A stretch of 64,000 nt of DNA from a virus: positions 1-64,000 of the IMG/VR virus record IMGVR_UViG_3300045977_000235. One strand, 5' to 3'. The translations under genes and the position numbers were made by a program. The notes beneath the pieces were generated by a model. That model was not told the origin of the DNA and searched no databases. It saw only the letters and a program-made list of their open reading frames with translations. Shown here in pieces: positions 30,053 through 40,573 of this stretch. Within the stretch, counting starts at the first letter, position 1, and each line of letters begins with the position of its first letter.

Positions 30053-31846
30053 CTATTCATAAAAGAAGTTCAACAGCATTTGTTGTTGACTCTTGAGTAG
30101 TATATCTACTATTTCCTCCGTAGATTTTGTCCGAAAATCTTCAGTACCCATATTACTAAAATGCACATCAACACCAGTTATAACATTTTGAGCAAGTTTA
30201 CAATAACTTTCTGCATGTAGCCAATGGTCAGCACCTTTATTTGTCCATATGAATCGTTCATCTTCTTGTATGCGCGTTGATGATGTTAAATGTTTAAAAT
30301 AATCTCCCTGATAGATTTCTTTACTGTTATATGGAAGTACAAATTTTTGTGTTAATACTTCTTCTAACAATGAATCTAAAGCAGGAGTTCTTTTTGCTCG
30401 CATAAACTGTCGATCTTTGTTCACGACAACATTTTGTGTATTAGAATCTTGAACATGATAATCACACAACCATACAATGTCACTATGATCTTGTTGAAAC
30501 TCTCTTGCTTTACGTTGTTCAGGTTCTGCATCAATACACATAACAGACACACTGTACCTGTTAATAATTTCAGTTAATGAAGAAAAATCTGCAAGAGCAC
30601 CAACAAACAATAATCGTCTTTCACCATTCTCTAATAACTCCCGTACAACAACATGAAGTGTACCACCGACATCAACTCCTGCTACAACTGTATTTGATCC
30701 AGCATAATCGAATTGAAAAGGATATTGTTGTTGACATAGCGACAACATACCTTCAGTTATCTTAAAACCAGATCTATTAAATGGTAAACCAAGTCTATTA
30801 TTATAAAACAATTGTAACTTCGATAAATTATCTTTTATTTCTAAATATTCAGTCCACATTTCTTCTAATGTCACTGTTGAGCTATAAATTTGAGAAAGTG
30901 TGTATCCAGATCGTTTACTAATTAAATTTTGTTTTGACCATTGTCCTCTACCGTATCTATCTATTTTAGTTCCACATTCTATACAAATCGGCCAAATAAT
31001 TTGACTTGTAGAACCTGTATATGTCGTATCACGTAATGTCACACCAAACTCAGTTTCATTGACAACATTCAAAAACCAATCAAGATTATAAAATCGTTTG
31101 CATTTCGTACACCATACTTCCCATACTTTTTGATCTGACTCTTTATATAATTTATCTATCCCAAAATCTTCTGTTGTTGGATTACCTATCCATCTTTGAT
31201 ATTTATGTTCTGATGCTTGCAATCTATCAGGAACAAGAGCAAGATTTTTTTGATCACATAAATCTACTTCATCAATAATCACAAAATCAGCAGGAAACGA
31301 TACAAAATCATCAGCAGCATTAGAACCTAAAAATCGTATCATGCCTTTTCCAAGTTCTTTGATACCCAAGTTATCTATAGAACCTACATGATCTTTATAA
31401 TACTTGACAGCATTAAGAACTTTATTCACTCTTTCAGCTACAAAACCATCACGTGTTTTTGTTTTTGTTAAGATATATGCTCCAGACCATCCTAATTCCA
31501 TCGTCATATAGAGAATATCTACAACAGCCCATTCGCTTATGCCTACTTGTACAGCTTTACGGATAACAATTTCTTTTGCTTCATCAGCATATAACTGTCT
31601 TAGATAATCCCTTCTGTACCATGAAAGAGGTTCTAACTTATGTGTTCTATGATAATTTTGTGTAAAACTCCATCTACTTAGTGCTTTCCCTTCACGTAAT
31701 TTTGCTTTTTGATCTAATAAAGCAAGTAATTTATCTCTTGCTTCTTGTGGCAGTTCTTTTAAAAACTGTTGTGGTGTTTTCTTTATACCACTTTGCAATA
31801 AATATGCTTGCAAAACACTAAATTGATTATGTTCTGATTCAGACAT
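30053..31846 (-). CDS. terL: Terminase large subunit (GpA-like)
   Basis: IVIRKAVQVGISE Walker A variant, VIIDEVD Walker B, GNPT, CxxC..CxxC, nuclease GVDVG and DHWLHA. Confidence 0.93.
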   Translation of the reverse strand: MSESEHNQFSVLQAYLLQSGIKKTPQQFLKELPQEARDKLLALLDQKAKLREGKALSRWSFTQNYHRTHKLEPLSWYRRDYLRQLYADEAKEIVIRKAVQVGISEWAVVDILYMTMELGWSGAYILTKTKTRDGFVAERVNKVLNAVKYYKDHVGSIDNLGIKELGKGMIRFLGSNAADDFVSFPADFVIIDEVDLCDQKNLALVPDRLQASEHKYQRWIGNPTTEDFGIDKLYKESDQKVWEVWCTKCKRFYNLDWFLNVVNETEFGVTLRDTTYTGSTSQIIWPICIECGTKIDRYGRGQWSKQNLISKRSGYTLSQIYSSTVTLEEMWTEYLEIKDNLSKLQLFYNNRLGLPFNRSGFKITEGMLSLCQQQYPFQFDYAGSNTVVAGVDVGGTLHVVVRELLENGERRLLFVGALADFSSLTEIINRYSVSVMCIDAEPEQRKAREFQQDHSDIVWLCDYHVQDSNTQNVVVNKDRQFMRAKRTPALDSLLEEVLTQKFVLPYNSKEIYQGDYFKHLTSSTRIQEDERFIWTNKGADHWLHAESYCKLAQNVITGVDVHFSNMGTEDFRTKSTEEIVDILLKSQQQMLLNFFYE

Positions 31847-31853
31847 AACTCTC

Positions 31854-32432
31854 CTAATTCAAATAGTCTTGTACGTTTTTATCACTTTCTTGTATTTCTT
31901 TTGCTTGCTCGTTTAATAGATGGAAAATATTTGCATCCACAGCTTCTTCTTCAGTTTCCTTAGAAGGTTCATAGAATTTTCTGCCCCAATCTTCAGTATT
32001 CCGTCTTTCTAAGTACCATGCACCAGCTTGCCATGATGGAGCACTATATTTTCTTTCTATGACAGCACCATCTTTTCCTTTTAATTCTCGTTCAGATAAA
32101 ACAATTCCACCTTCAGCGGCTTTTTTCATCATACGAATTAAATCTATCTGTGCTAATGCTTCTGATTGTTCTATTTTTTGAGCAAGTAATTTACATAAAG
32201 TCATATCAACATCTTTAGCTACTTCTTTTCCTGTTCCTATACGCATCCATCGTGTTAAAGTAGCATAAGAAACTCCTACTGCTTTTGCTACTGTTTTTTT
32301 AGGAACACCATCACGCACATATGTACAAATTTCTGTAATTAATGCTTCTGTTAAAACAGATTCACTTAAAGCAGCTTCTATATAACTAATTTTTTCAAGA
32401 AGTTGTACATTTGTTTTCTTAATGACTGGCAT
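31854..32432 (-). CDS. terS: Terminase small subunit
   Basis: HTH VAKAVGVSYATLTRW, WQAGAWYLERR..WG; directly upstream of terL. Confidence 0.8.
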   Translation of the reverse strand: MPVIKKTNVQLLEKISYIEAALSESVLTEALITEICTYVRDGVPKKTVAKAVGVSYATLTRWMRIGTGKEVAKDVDMTLCKLLAQKIEQSEALAQIDLIRMMKKAAEGGIVLSERELKGKDGAVIERKYSAPSWQAGAWYLERRNTEDWGRKFYEPSKETEEEAVDANIFHLLNEQAKEIQESDKNVQDYLN

Positions 32433-32551
32433 ATTTTTCTTTCATAAATAGTTCTGCTTACGCAACTTATACTTCTTACAATTCATATACATAAGATACA
32501 CCTTATGTTTTATAATTAACAGGGGGGTTAAACATCTTTTTATTTTGCCTC

Positions 32552-32580
32552 TTGACAAAACTCTTAATAGGGTGTATAAT
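32552..32580 (+). promoter_or_regulatory. Consensus sigma70 promoter
   Basis: TTGACA (32552-57), 17 bp spacer, TATAAT (32575-80). A copy of the palindrome at 32584-98 covers the expected +1. Confidence 0.9.
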
Positions 32581-32651
32581 TATATTAAATAATTTAATAG
32601 GTAAAATTTTGCAAAGGATATTAACATGTAAAATTCAATAAAGGATACAAT

Positions 32652-33081
32652 ATGCTAGAGGATATTTTTAATGCACTTAAATTATTTAAGAAGATAGATC
32701 CTGTTTGTCCGATTTTTTTAAAGTTTGAAAAAAATTATGGGTATTTTTGTATTGAGTTTAAGCATATGCTTTTAGCCGAAGGATTTTATAGTGAAAGTTT
32801 TTATAAAGATGTTATTGTTCCATTACAAGAATATGGATGGATTGAACTTGAAGAAGGTGTATTGGCATATGCATTATTAGTAGAAGGAGAATAATGTGCA
32901 AACAGAAAGTAGACGAATATTTTTAGTATGTCCTAAATGTGGCATTCCTACACCTTATGTTTATACATTCACAAAAGCAAAACAACGTATTTTAGAAAAA
33001 AGAGCAATTAAGTGTGAAAAATGTAAAGATGATTTACAAGTACAACTCGATCTTCAATCAGGATACGTTAAAGTTGTTTAG
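32652..33081 (+). other. Two small hypothetical CDS (32652-32894; 32896-33081, zinc-ribbon-like)
   Basis: RBS-preceded ORFs directly after the promoter; CPKC..CEKC in the second. Confidence 0.55.
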
Positions 33082-33089
33082 GAGGATTT

Positions 33090-33467
33090 TTGAATCATAG
33101 AAACGTTTGTGAACTTTTACCTATTTTAGCAGAAGATCATCCACAAACAGCAGGACAAAAAATAGTAGCGTGGTTAGGTTTTGATAAGAAATATGTTTTT
33201 GGATACAATAGATTCAAAACACATCCATTACAAAAACAATTTTCTCATAATAAAAATAGAATCTATCTTCATGCAGAAGTAGACGCTATAACAAAATTTA
33301 TCTCTCAATATGTTGAAATCTGGAAAGCTACTATGGTTGTCTGTAGAGTATCATTAGGAGATTTAGCTGCATGTAAACCTTGTGAATCATGTATAAGGGC
33401 TATTGTGGCATTTAACATTAAACGAGTATATTATTCAACAAATGAAGGAGATTTTATTAGATTATGA
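33090..33467 (+). CDS. Zinc-dependent cytidine/dCMP deaminase-fold protein
   Basis: HAE and PCxxC motifs (YLHAEVDAI..CKPCESC). Confidence 0.85.
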   Translation: MNHRNVCELLPILAEDHPQTAGQKIVAWLGFDKKYVFGYNRFKTHPLQKQFSHNKNRIYLHAEVDAITKFISQYVEIWKATMVVCRVSLGDLAACKPCESCIRAIVAFNIKRVYYSTNEGDFIRL

Positions 33468-34278
33468 GAAAAGGATCTGGTTACGATTTTGATAAAGAAG
33501 AAAACATCATCACTGGTTTGTGTGCTAATAAACAGTGTCAGAAACGCTATTACGTTCCTTCTGTACGTACACCTGTCATAGAAGCAACGGATTATGAAGT
33601 ACATGTTGAAGGAAGTTTTATGGCGCATAGTCAACAATTTTGCTCATATGAGTGTAGGCATATATGGATGAAAGGAAACCCTTAAAACAAGTATCTTTTT
33701 TAGATTTATCTTCTTTTCTTCAAACAAAAAAAGTAACAATGAAAGAATATGCATTATGTGATAGTATTCAACATCATTATTATATGGCCGATAAACTCAT
33801 TGCATTACTTATATATACAAATGAAACACGACAATTTACTGCATACATTACAGAGGATACATTATGATAGATTATTTTGGACGAACATATAAACCTGGAG
33901 ATACCGTCTATTATGTAGCATGTACATGGAACAAACATCTTGAAGCAAATCATGGTAAAGTAGTAAAAGTCCATAAAACAACACTTACGTTACAAACAAA
34001 ATCTGGTAATGTTGTTCTACGTGCTCCACAACGACATGTTATTTTACAGGAGTCTTATGTTTCCCATTGAATGGAAAGAAATACAAAAAGGTAATATGTA
34101 CAGAAAAATAACATTATGTGGAAACGATTATAGTATTTCTACATATTCAACGTCTTTTACAGGAGATGGACCTGATTACTACATCAATCAACATTTACTT
34201 AACACAATGGAATATCATGTACCTTATATGCGTTATGAATTATATAATCATTACTTACGCATACTTTCTGAGGATTAA
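33464..34278 (+). other. Four small hypothetical CDS
   Basis: Tightly coupled ORFs 33464-33685, 33664-33867, 33864-34070 and ~34057-34278. Confidence 0.5.
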
Positions 34279-34304
34279 ATTATTTAATCTATAAGGATAG
34301 ACAT

Positions 34305-34886
34305 ATGGCTAAAATAGGAATAGATCTTGATGGAGTTCTTTTTGATTTTGTTTCGGCTTTTACACAAGCAACCATGACAATCCTTGGTGTAAAACTTCCT
34401 ATGTACGATAGAGAATATTTTCCTTCACGATGGGATTGGTCAGCACAATATCTTAATGAAGATCAAAACACAATCATATGGTCCCACGTTACCAGTAGTA
34501 GTACATTTTGGACGAATGTTTCAACATATGAATGGACACGAACAGCATTAAATGCTTTACTCAACAACAATCAACATGAGGTATATTTTATTACATGCCG
34601 AATGACTACAAATAAAGATGTTTCAGTTAAAACACAAACTGAAAAAGCATTACGAAAATTAAATGTTGTCAATCCAACTGTACTTATTGTGAAAGAATAC
34701 ACAGAAAAATGTCCACTTGTGAACGCACTTCATTTAGATGTTTTTATTGATGATAGAACAGAAACACTTAATCTTCTTCAAGAAGAATGTCCCGATACAC
34801 GAATTGTCTGTTTAATGCAACCTTGGAATACAGAATTTACTGGAGAGAAAATTACCCATCTTCCCTTATTTATTTCATCGTTATAA
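34305..34886 (+). CDS. HAD-superfamily 5'(3')-deoxyribonucleotidase-like protein
   Basis: IGIDLDGVL, YFITCR, K..., FIDD, QPWN. Confidence 0.85.
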   Translation: MAKIGIDLDGVLFDFVSAFTQATMTILGVKLPMYDREYFPSRWDWSAQYLNEDQNTIIWSHVTSSSTFWTNVSTYEWTRTALNALLNNNQHEVYFITCRMTTNKDVSVKTQTEKALRKLNVVNPTVLIVKEYTEKCPLVNALHLDVFIDDRTETLNLLQEECPDTRIVCLMQPWNTEFTGEKITHLPLFISSL

Positions 34887-34895
34887 GGAAACATT

Positions 34896-35048
34896 ATGCC
34901 TTTACCAGCACCTAAACCTAATGAAAAGAAAGATGACTTTCTAAAAAGATGTATGGGAAACCCTACAATGAATCAAGATTTTCCTGATAATAAACAACGA
35001 TATGCAGTTTGTAATAATCTTTGGGCAAAGAAAAAACCTAAAAAATAA
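34896..35048 (+). CDS. 50-aa phage hypothetical protein (not in ORF track)
   Basis: AAGGA RBS; MPLPAPKPNEKKDDFLKRCM...QRYAVCNNLW. Confidence 0.65.
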   Translation: MPLPAPKPNEKKDDFLKRCMGNPTMNQDFPDNKQRYAVCNNLWAKKKPKK

Positions 35049-35059
35049 AGGAAACATAT

Positions 35060-35470
35060 ATGGCTTTAGTTACAATAACTGGTAGTCAAGTTCTTTCTGG
35101 ATCTGGTGCGACATTTATTGATGCATTATCCGCAACAACTTTAACTGCTGGAGATATAGTTTATATCAATACGGCTGGAAAATTTGCATTAGCACGTAAT
35201 GATCTTACTTCTGTCGAAGCAAGAGCTACAGGTATAGCCTTACATGCAGCATCTGCAAATCAACCTATGAGAGTACAAACAAGTGGTACTATAACGCTTG
35301 GTGCAGGAGCAGCACCTGCTTCTGGTGCAATATTCGCACTTGCGAATACTCCAGGTGGAATTTGGCTTGTTAGTGATATAGTAGCAGGACAACAGGTAAC
35401 ACTTGTAGGTATAGGAATAGGAACAAATCAAATAATTCTAAACGTATTCCCAAGTGGAGTAGTAAAATAA
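35060..35470 (+). CDS. Capsid decoration / cement-like protein
   Basis: LTAGDIVYI..GKFALA..ATGIALHAASANQP..VQTSG; Gly/Ala/Thr-rich beta pattern. Confidence 0.55.
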   Translation: MALVTITGSQVLSGSGATFIDALSATTLTAGDIVYINTAGKFALARNDLTSVEARATGIALHAASANQPMRVQTSGTITLGAGAAPASGAIFALANTPGGIWLVSDIVAGQQVTLVGIGIGTNQIILNVFPSGVVK

Positions 35471-35473
35471 ACT

Positions 35474-35686
35474 ATGACACTACCAGAATTTTTCAGGGAA
35501 TTAAATAATTTAATCGCAGAGATAGGAGATGAACGAGTCAACAGTCATTATTCTCTTATTCCTTCATTACATATTGTTGATGAAGAAAATAATAATTATG
35601 AAATAGATTCTCTTGAACCACAATTACTTTTTGGTTGTAATTGTTGGGCTGGAGTTACCATTTTTCTAAAGAAAAAGGAGATGTAA
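35474..35686 (+). CDS. Hypothetical protein
   Basis: ORF track; contains a palindrome copy encoding LNNLI. Confidence 0.5.
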   Translation: MTLPEFFRELNNLIAEIGDERVNSHYSLIPSLHIVDEENNNYEIDSLEPQLLFGCNCWAGVTIFLKKKEM

Positions 35687-35690
35687 TTAT

Positions 35691-35762
35691 TGCGCTATAA
35701 TACAATTGGTAGTATGCGTGACTGTTAATCACGTTATGTAGGTTCGAGTCCTACTGGCGCAG
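35691..35762 (+). tRNA. tRNA-Asn(GTT), CCA not encoded
   Basis: Acceptor TGCGCTA/TGGCGCA, D arm ATAC/GTAT, anticodon arm CGTGA-CTGTTAA-TCACG, T arm GTAGG-TTCGAGT-CCTAC, discriminator G. Confidence 0.93.
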
Positions 35763-35783
35763 TAGACATTAAAGGATAGAATT

Positions 35784-36392
35784 ATGAACGAGTTATATAT
35801 TACTTCAGATACCCATTATGGTCACGTAAATATGGTAAAAGGAACATCAACATGGGACGACAAGAGTAAATGTCGTCTATTTGATACGATGGAAGAACAT
35901 AATGAAACGCTTATTCAAAACATCAATGCCATAGTCAAAGACAATGATATACTATATCATGTTGGTGATTTTGCTATGGGCAAAAAAGAGAATGTACAAT
36001 TATTTAGAGAAAGATTAAATGTTAAAACAATCTTTCTTGTTCGTGGCAATCATGATTATGCTTGGGCAAAAGGTACAAAATTTCCTGAGTTATATAGGTT
36101 GTTTACAGAAATTCGTGATATAAAAAATGTGAAAGTAGGAAAAGATTTAATTATTTTATGTCACTTCCTTTTTGCAACATGGGAGAATATGTCAAGAGGT
36201 TCTATGATGTTACATGGGCATTTACATTCAACACCACAAACAAAATGGAGGAAAGGGAGAGCATTAGATATTGGTATTGATGGTTCTGAAGAATTTCGAC
36301 CATATCATCTTGTAGATGAAATTATTCCTTTTCTTAAAGAAAAACCCATTGAAGGGTTTATTGTTAATGACTATCATGTAAAAAATTCATAA
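35784..36392 (+). CDS. Calcineurin-like metallophosphoesterase
   Basis: SDTHYGH, VGDF, RGNHD, HGHLH, DIGID. Confidence 0.9.
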   Translation: MNELYITSDTHYGHVNMVKGTSTWDDKSKCRLFDTMEEHNETLIQNINAIVKDNDILYHVGDFAMGKKENVQLFRERLNVKTIFLVRGNHDYAWAKGTKFPELYRLFTEIRDIKNVKVGKDLIILCHFLFATWENMSRGSMMLHGHLHSTPQTKWRKGRALDIGIDGSEEFRPYHLVDEIIPFLKEKPIEGFIVNDYHVKNS

Positions 36393-36401
36393 GGAGAATT
36401 T

Positions 36402-36698
36402 ATGGATACGATGACTTATCATGTTTTAGATTATGATGAACTTGAAGATCTTATTAAAGAACATTATCCTTTTATTGAAGATTATAATTTTATTGCCTGT
36501 GAAGAATCATCTAATGATACTTCACATACTTATGATAATATTTCGGCGGAAAGTTGGGATCAATATGATGATGAACAATGGGAGATTGATATTGTGAAAG
36601 ATAAGCAATATGATTTTGCTGTAGAAGTTTTCCTAAGAAAACTCTGTAAAGATGGACATATTGAACCAGGAAACTATTTGATTCATGTTTGTTGGTAA
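36402..36698 (+). CDS. Acidic hypothetical protein
   Basis: AAGGAG RBS; C-terminal LCKDGHIEPGNYLIHVCW. Confidence 0.65.
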   Translation: MDTMTYHVLDYDELEDLIKEHYPFIEDYNFIACEESSNDTSHTYDNISAESWDQYDDEQWEIDIVKDKQYDFAVEVFLRKLCKDGHIEPGNYLIHVCW

Positions 36699-36703
36699 AA
36701 AAC

Positions 36704-36732
36704 TTGCATTAATTCATTCGATATGGTACAAT
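36704..36732 (+). promoter_or_regulatory. Sigma70-like promoter with extended -10
   Basis: TTGCAT, 17 bp spacer, TGnTACAAT; intergenic, followed by a GGAGGT RBS. Confidence 0.7.
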
Positions 36733-36750
36733 TAATAGAGGGAGGTACAT

Positions 36751-38142
36751 ATGCTACATTTAAAAAAGACAGGGTTACTATACAATACAAAATGGATCTA
36801 TGATAAAGAAAAAGAAGAAGGAGAATATAAAGAATACGATGTGACAATGACTCCACAGCTTTATTTATTTAATGAATGTGAAATTGATGAAGGAGTAACA
36901 TTACGAGATTTGTTTCTTTTTATGAAACGTCATATAGAATTTTTTGATTTAATCATAACAAATTGGTGTAAAGAAATAGTGGAGGAAGGATTATCTTCTG
37001 TAAGCACACCAGAAGATGAAAAAGACATAGAATACCTTGAGGTATACAAATTATTGACTGTAGAAGAAAATCAAACTGATGGAATGACACGGGCAAATTT
37101 TCATGGTATAGGTTTTCCTGATGCAAACAATGAACGTATTCATTGGGGTGTATCACTTTCTTCTTCAAGTACCCTTATTGATTTACCATTACAACTTAAT
37201 ACAACGTGTGATGTGTATAAAGACTATGAAATGACACCTTATCTTACTTTACCTAACATTTCATACACACTTATAGAAGTTATTTATGGAATTATTTGGG
37301 AACTCTCTTTCTTTGGAGGTCCACAAGAACGACAAGAGAAAAAAGAAGAATTAGATTCTATGGTAGATGATCTTGAACTAGAAGAACCACAAGGAGAGGA
37401 AGCAGCATAATGCAGTTTTATCATGTTACGGCTGCAATTTCATGTTACTGTGATAAATGTAAAAAGATAGTACGAGTCATTGTTGAAGCAAAAATGTATG
37501 GTGGGTATCATATGGTTCTATATTGTCCAGAAGATTATTGTGCTAATGGTGTAAACTCTCTCTATTTTTATAATGATCAAACAGTACGACTTTGTAAAAT
37601 ACAACCACGTAATAAAGATAGGATTATTAGTTTACAAATCGTACCACTTGAAGGAGAAAAATATGCAACAAAAGGAGAAGAAGAAGGTTATATACGCTGT
37701 GAAATTATAGGAGATGTTGAATATATCGTTTCCTCATGGGAAACAGGACAATTTGATGATGATTGGAATGCATTACGACAACGAGCATTAAAAGGTTTTA
37801 ATGAAAATTATGGTATCACAAACTATTAAACTCGATGATTACTTAAATTATTTAATCAATTTACCTCTATCAACTGTTCATACTAAACTTACAGAACTCT
37901 TGGCCGATTGTTTACATGAAAAGAAAAATATTGAATTATGTTCATGGATGAACTGTATTCATTTTTTCTTAAATTATGATGTAACTGATAAAGACGTTCA
38001 TATATCGCTTACTCGTAACAATACTATCATGATCAAAATATCTCTTAATGAAGGAGTAGTATCTATTGAATGTTTAGATGATGTGTTTTATATTCAACTT
38101 AATGAAGATAGATGGTTTCTTCCAGTAGAGGGCAACAAATGA
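36751..38142 (+). other. Three hypothetical CDS (36751-37410, 37410-37829, ~37810-38142)
   Basis: Coupled ORFs with RBS; no family recognised. Confidence 0.6.
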
Positions 38143-38543
38143 CGTTATTTAAAAAGGAAGTATTCATTTCACATGCAGGATTAAAGCTTCCTTGGAAAGT
38201 TGAATGTGATGCACTAGGGGAACATGATTGGATATGTTTAGCATCCATTGCCTATGAACTTCTCCCTAAAGATCCGTATATAATCGACTATATACCTACT
38301 GGCGGTAAACGATTTGCTGAAGCATTTCGTTTACAATATCAACCTTATGAAGCACATACTTGTAAATGCGTGCTTATTTTTGATGATGTGTATACAACAG
38401 GACAAAGTATGGAAGAAAGGAAAGAACTTTGGTTAAAACTTGGTAGAGATTATGTTATCCGTGGTTGTGTTGCTTTTGCTCGTACTGCTCCTCCTGCATG
38501 GATTAAACCTATCTGGCTTTATGGAGTTCATTTAAATGACTGA
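38139..38543 (+). CDS. Type I phosphoribosyltransferase-like protein (orotate PRTase-like)
   Basis: FISHAGLKLPWKVECDAL, IPTGG, PRPP loop LIFDDVYTTGQSM. Confidence 0.8.
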   Translation: MTLFKKEVFISHAGLKLPWKVECDALGEHDWICLASIAYELLPKDPYIIDYIPTGGKRFAEAFRLQYQPYEAHTCKCVLIFDDVYTTGQSMEERKELWLKLGRDYVIRGCVAFARTAPPAWIKPIWLYGVHLND

Positions 38544-39039
38544 ACAGACTATTACAAATACAATTTCTATTCATACACAAAAACCTTATTGTGTCTATAC
38601 GCATACGTATAACAATACAATTTTTTATGTGGGCAAAGGACGATCTGATAGACCTTTTAAAATGTCTCAAAGAAATGTTGTATGGAAAAATTACGTATCA
38701 ACTATACCATCTTATGATATTCAAATTGTCTATTGGGCAAATAATAATACAGAAGCATTAAAAGAAGAAAAAAGACTCATTCATAAATATCATCCATTGT
38801 GTAACAAGTTGCTCAATGGACACACACAACGTACATGGCAGAAGCAAGTACGTACAATGGAGAAACATGCAGTACGTGTACATACTGCACGTCAACCAAT
38901 GGCACAACCAAAAACCCCTAGCTTCTTTTCAAAGATGATAGGATGTTTTTCACAATTATTTAAAACACAAAGCAGTAATTTTACTGCAACAGCTTCACCA
39001 GTTGTTACTGATATGTTAAAAAGTACATTCTTAAAATAA
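38536..39039 (+). CDS. GIY-YIG nuclease-domain protein
   Basis: YCVYTH....IFYVGKG...R, EALKEE..LI...PLCN. Confidence 0.75.
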   Translation: MTEQTITNTISIHTQKPYCVYTHTYNNTIFYVGKGRSDRPFKMSQRNVVWKNYVSTIPSYDIQIVYWANNNTEALKEEKRLIHKYHPLCNKLLNGHTQRTWQKQVRTMEKHAVRVHTARQPMAQPKTPSFFSKMIGCFSQLFKTQSSNFTATASPVVTDMLKSTFLK

Positions 39040-39467
39040 TTTAGAAAGGATTTTAGAATGAAATGCGCTACTGAAAAGAAATGGACTGACAAAAATCTGG
39101 CGTGCAAACTAGGACTACATGCCTACAAAGTTATAGATGGTTCAATGACATTAATACCTGTGACTCCAGCATCACTCATATGTCATAATATCACAATACA
39201 TCGGTATATTTATAATGAAAAATGCAAGAAGTGTTGTAAAAAACGTGTAAGTTCTTATTAAATAATTTAATCAGAAAGAGTGTCAACATGTATGATCTAT
39301 CCACTTACCTACGAAGAATATTGTGTTGGCAATCGTATACGCATCAAAGTAATAACACCTGACAAGAGTATTACAACAGAGTACCCCAAAGGCTATAGTC
39401 TCACGTATAAAAAATGGACAGTTGATGAAATATTTGATAAAATTTACCAGGAGGAGCAAGAGAACAC

Positions 39468-40190
39468 ATGACTGAACAAGAACTACTACCATTCTTATTG
39501 TTTAAGTGTCAAGTAGGATCTTACTTGTATGGTTGTAGTATTGATACAAGTGATACTGATTATATGGGAGTGTTTGTACCACCACTTGATTATACTTTCG
39601 GCTTTCAACATATTGAACATGTTGAATGTCGAACGAATCCATCATCTTCTGGCCGAAAAAATATTCAAGAAGATAAAGATTGCATATATTTTACACTTCC
39701 TAAATTTATATTTCTTTGTATGAATGCAAGTCCTACATTATTAGAATTATTTTTTGTAAAAGAATTTGAATATTGTAATGAATATGGGCGATTGTTGTTA
39801 CAAAATAGATCGTTATTCCTCAGTAAAAAGATCAAACAAACATTTCTTGGATACGTTAAATCACAGCAAGAACAGCTATTCAAGGGTGATGCAATGTTGA
39901 ATTATTACTACAATCCAAAAGTAGCGTACCATATAGTACGATTACTTGAAGAATGCTATCAACTCTTGCATTATCAGTATATAAACTTTCCTCTTAAAAA
40001 TGCTGCTGAACTACGAAAAATACGGTTAGGGATGCTTTCATTAAATAATTTAACCGATATAATAGATAATTATATGACTACAATCAATACAGTAGAAACA
40101 TATCTTCCTGATGAACCAGATAAGAAAAATTTACAAGACCTTCAGAAGCGTATTATGTGGGACTATGCAGTAAAAGAGATGGATATATGA
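39468..40190 (+). CDS. Pol-beta-superfamily nucleotidyltransferase (YcgL/RlaP-like)
   Basis: VGSYLYG....SDTDYMGVF, KF...MNASP..LELF, KVAYHIVRL. Confidence 0.85.
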   Translation: MTEQELLPFLLFKCQVGSYLYGCSIDTSDTDYMGVFVPPLDYTFGFQHIEHVECRTNPSSSGRKNIQEDKDCIYFTLPKFIFLCMNASPTLLELFFVKEFEYCNEYGRLLLQNRSLFLSKKIKQTFLGYVKSQQEQLFKGDAMLNYYYNPKVAYHIVRLLEECYQLLHYQYINFPLKNAAELRKIRLGMLSLNNLTDIIDNYMTTINTVETYLPDEPDKKNLQDLQKRIMWDYAVKEMDI

Positions 40191-40573
40191 ACAAATATTA
40201 TCATGCACTCTCCTCTGTAAAAAAGTGGGGAGGTCACATAGACGACTATATGAAGTATCATGCATTCTTTGATCAAACTAAAAATCATATTGCAGATCAA
40301 CGACACAGATTGATATTACATAACTCATTCGGTATTGATTTGTTAGAACAGACTTATGGTGTGTACTTTATTAATAGTGCTGGTAAAGAAGTACCAGTAC
40401 GTAAAATAGGAGAGCAACATGTACTAGAAGATTTAGGACAAATACCCTCACTCTATGAGTGTTTGTTACACACTCCAGATCAATCATGGTTAGGTGGAAT
40501 TATACGACATAGACAGTTAGTAATTGTATCAGATGACATATTTACACATGCATATGAAAAGGAGAATCTATGA
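40187..40573 (+). CDS. Conserved phage protein (DUF6915-like)
   Basis: HALSSVKKWGG..DY..H.FFD.TK..RHR..LH..FGI..VPVR.IGEQHVLEDLG.IP. Confidence 0.65.
   Translation: MNKYYHALSSVKKWGGHIDDYMKYHAFFDQTKNHIADQRHRLILHNSFGIDLLEQTYGVYFINSAGKEVPVRKIGEQHVLEDLGQIPSLYECLLHTPDQSWLGGIIRHRQLVIVSDDIFTHAYEKENL

Noticed and set aside
5293-30765. Short plus-strand ORFs antisense to structural genes
   Set aside because: Fully overlapped by well-supported minus-strand genes.
25687-31846. Inteins or introns in capsid, portal or terminase
   Set aside because: Lengths and motif spacing are ordinary; no splice motifs seen.
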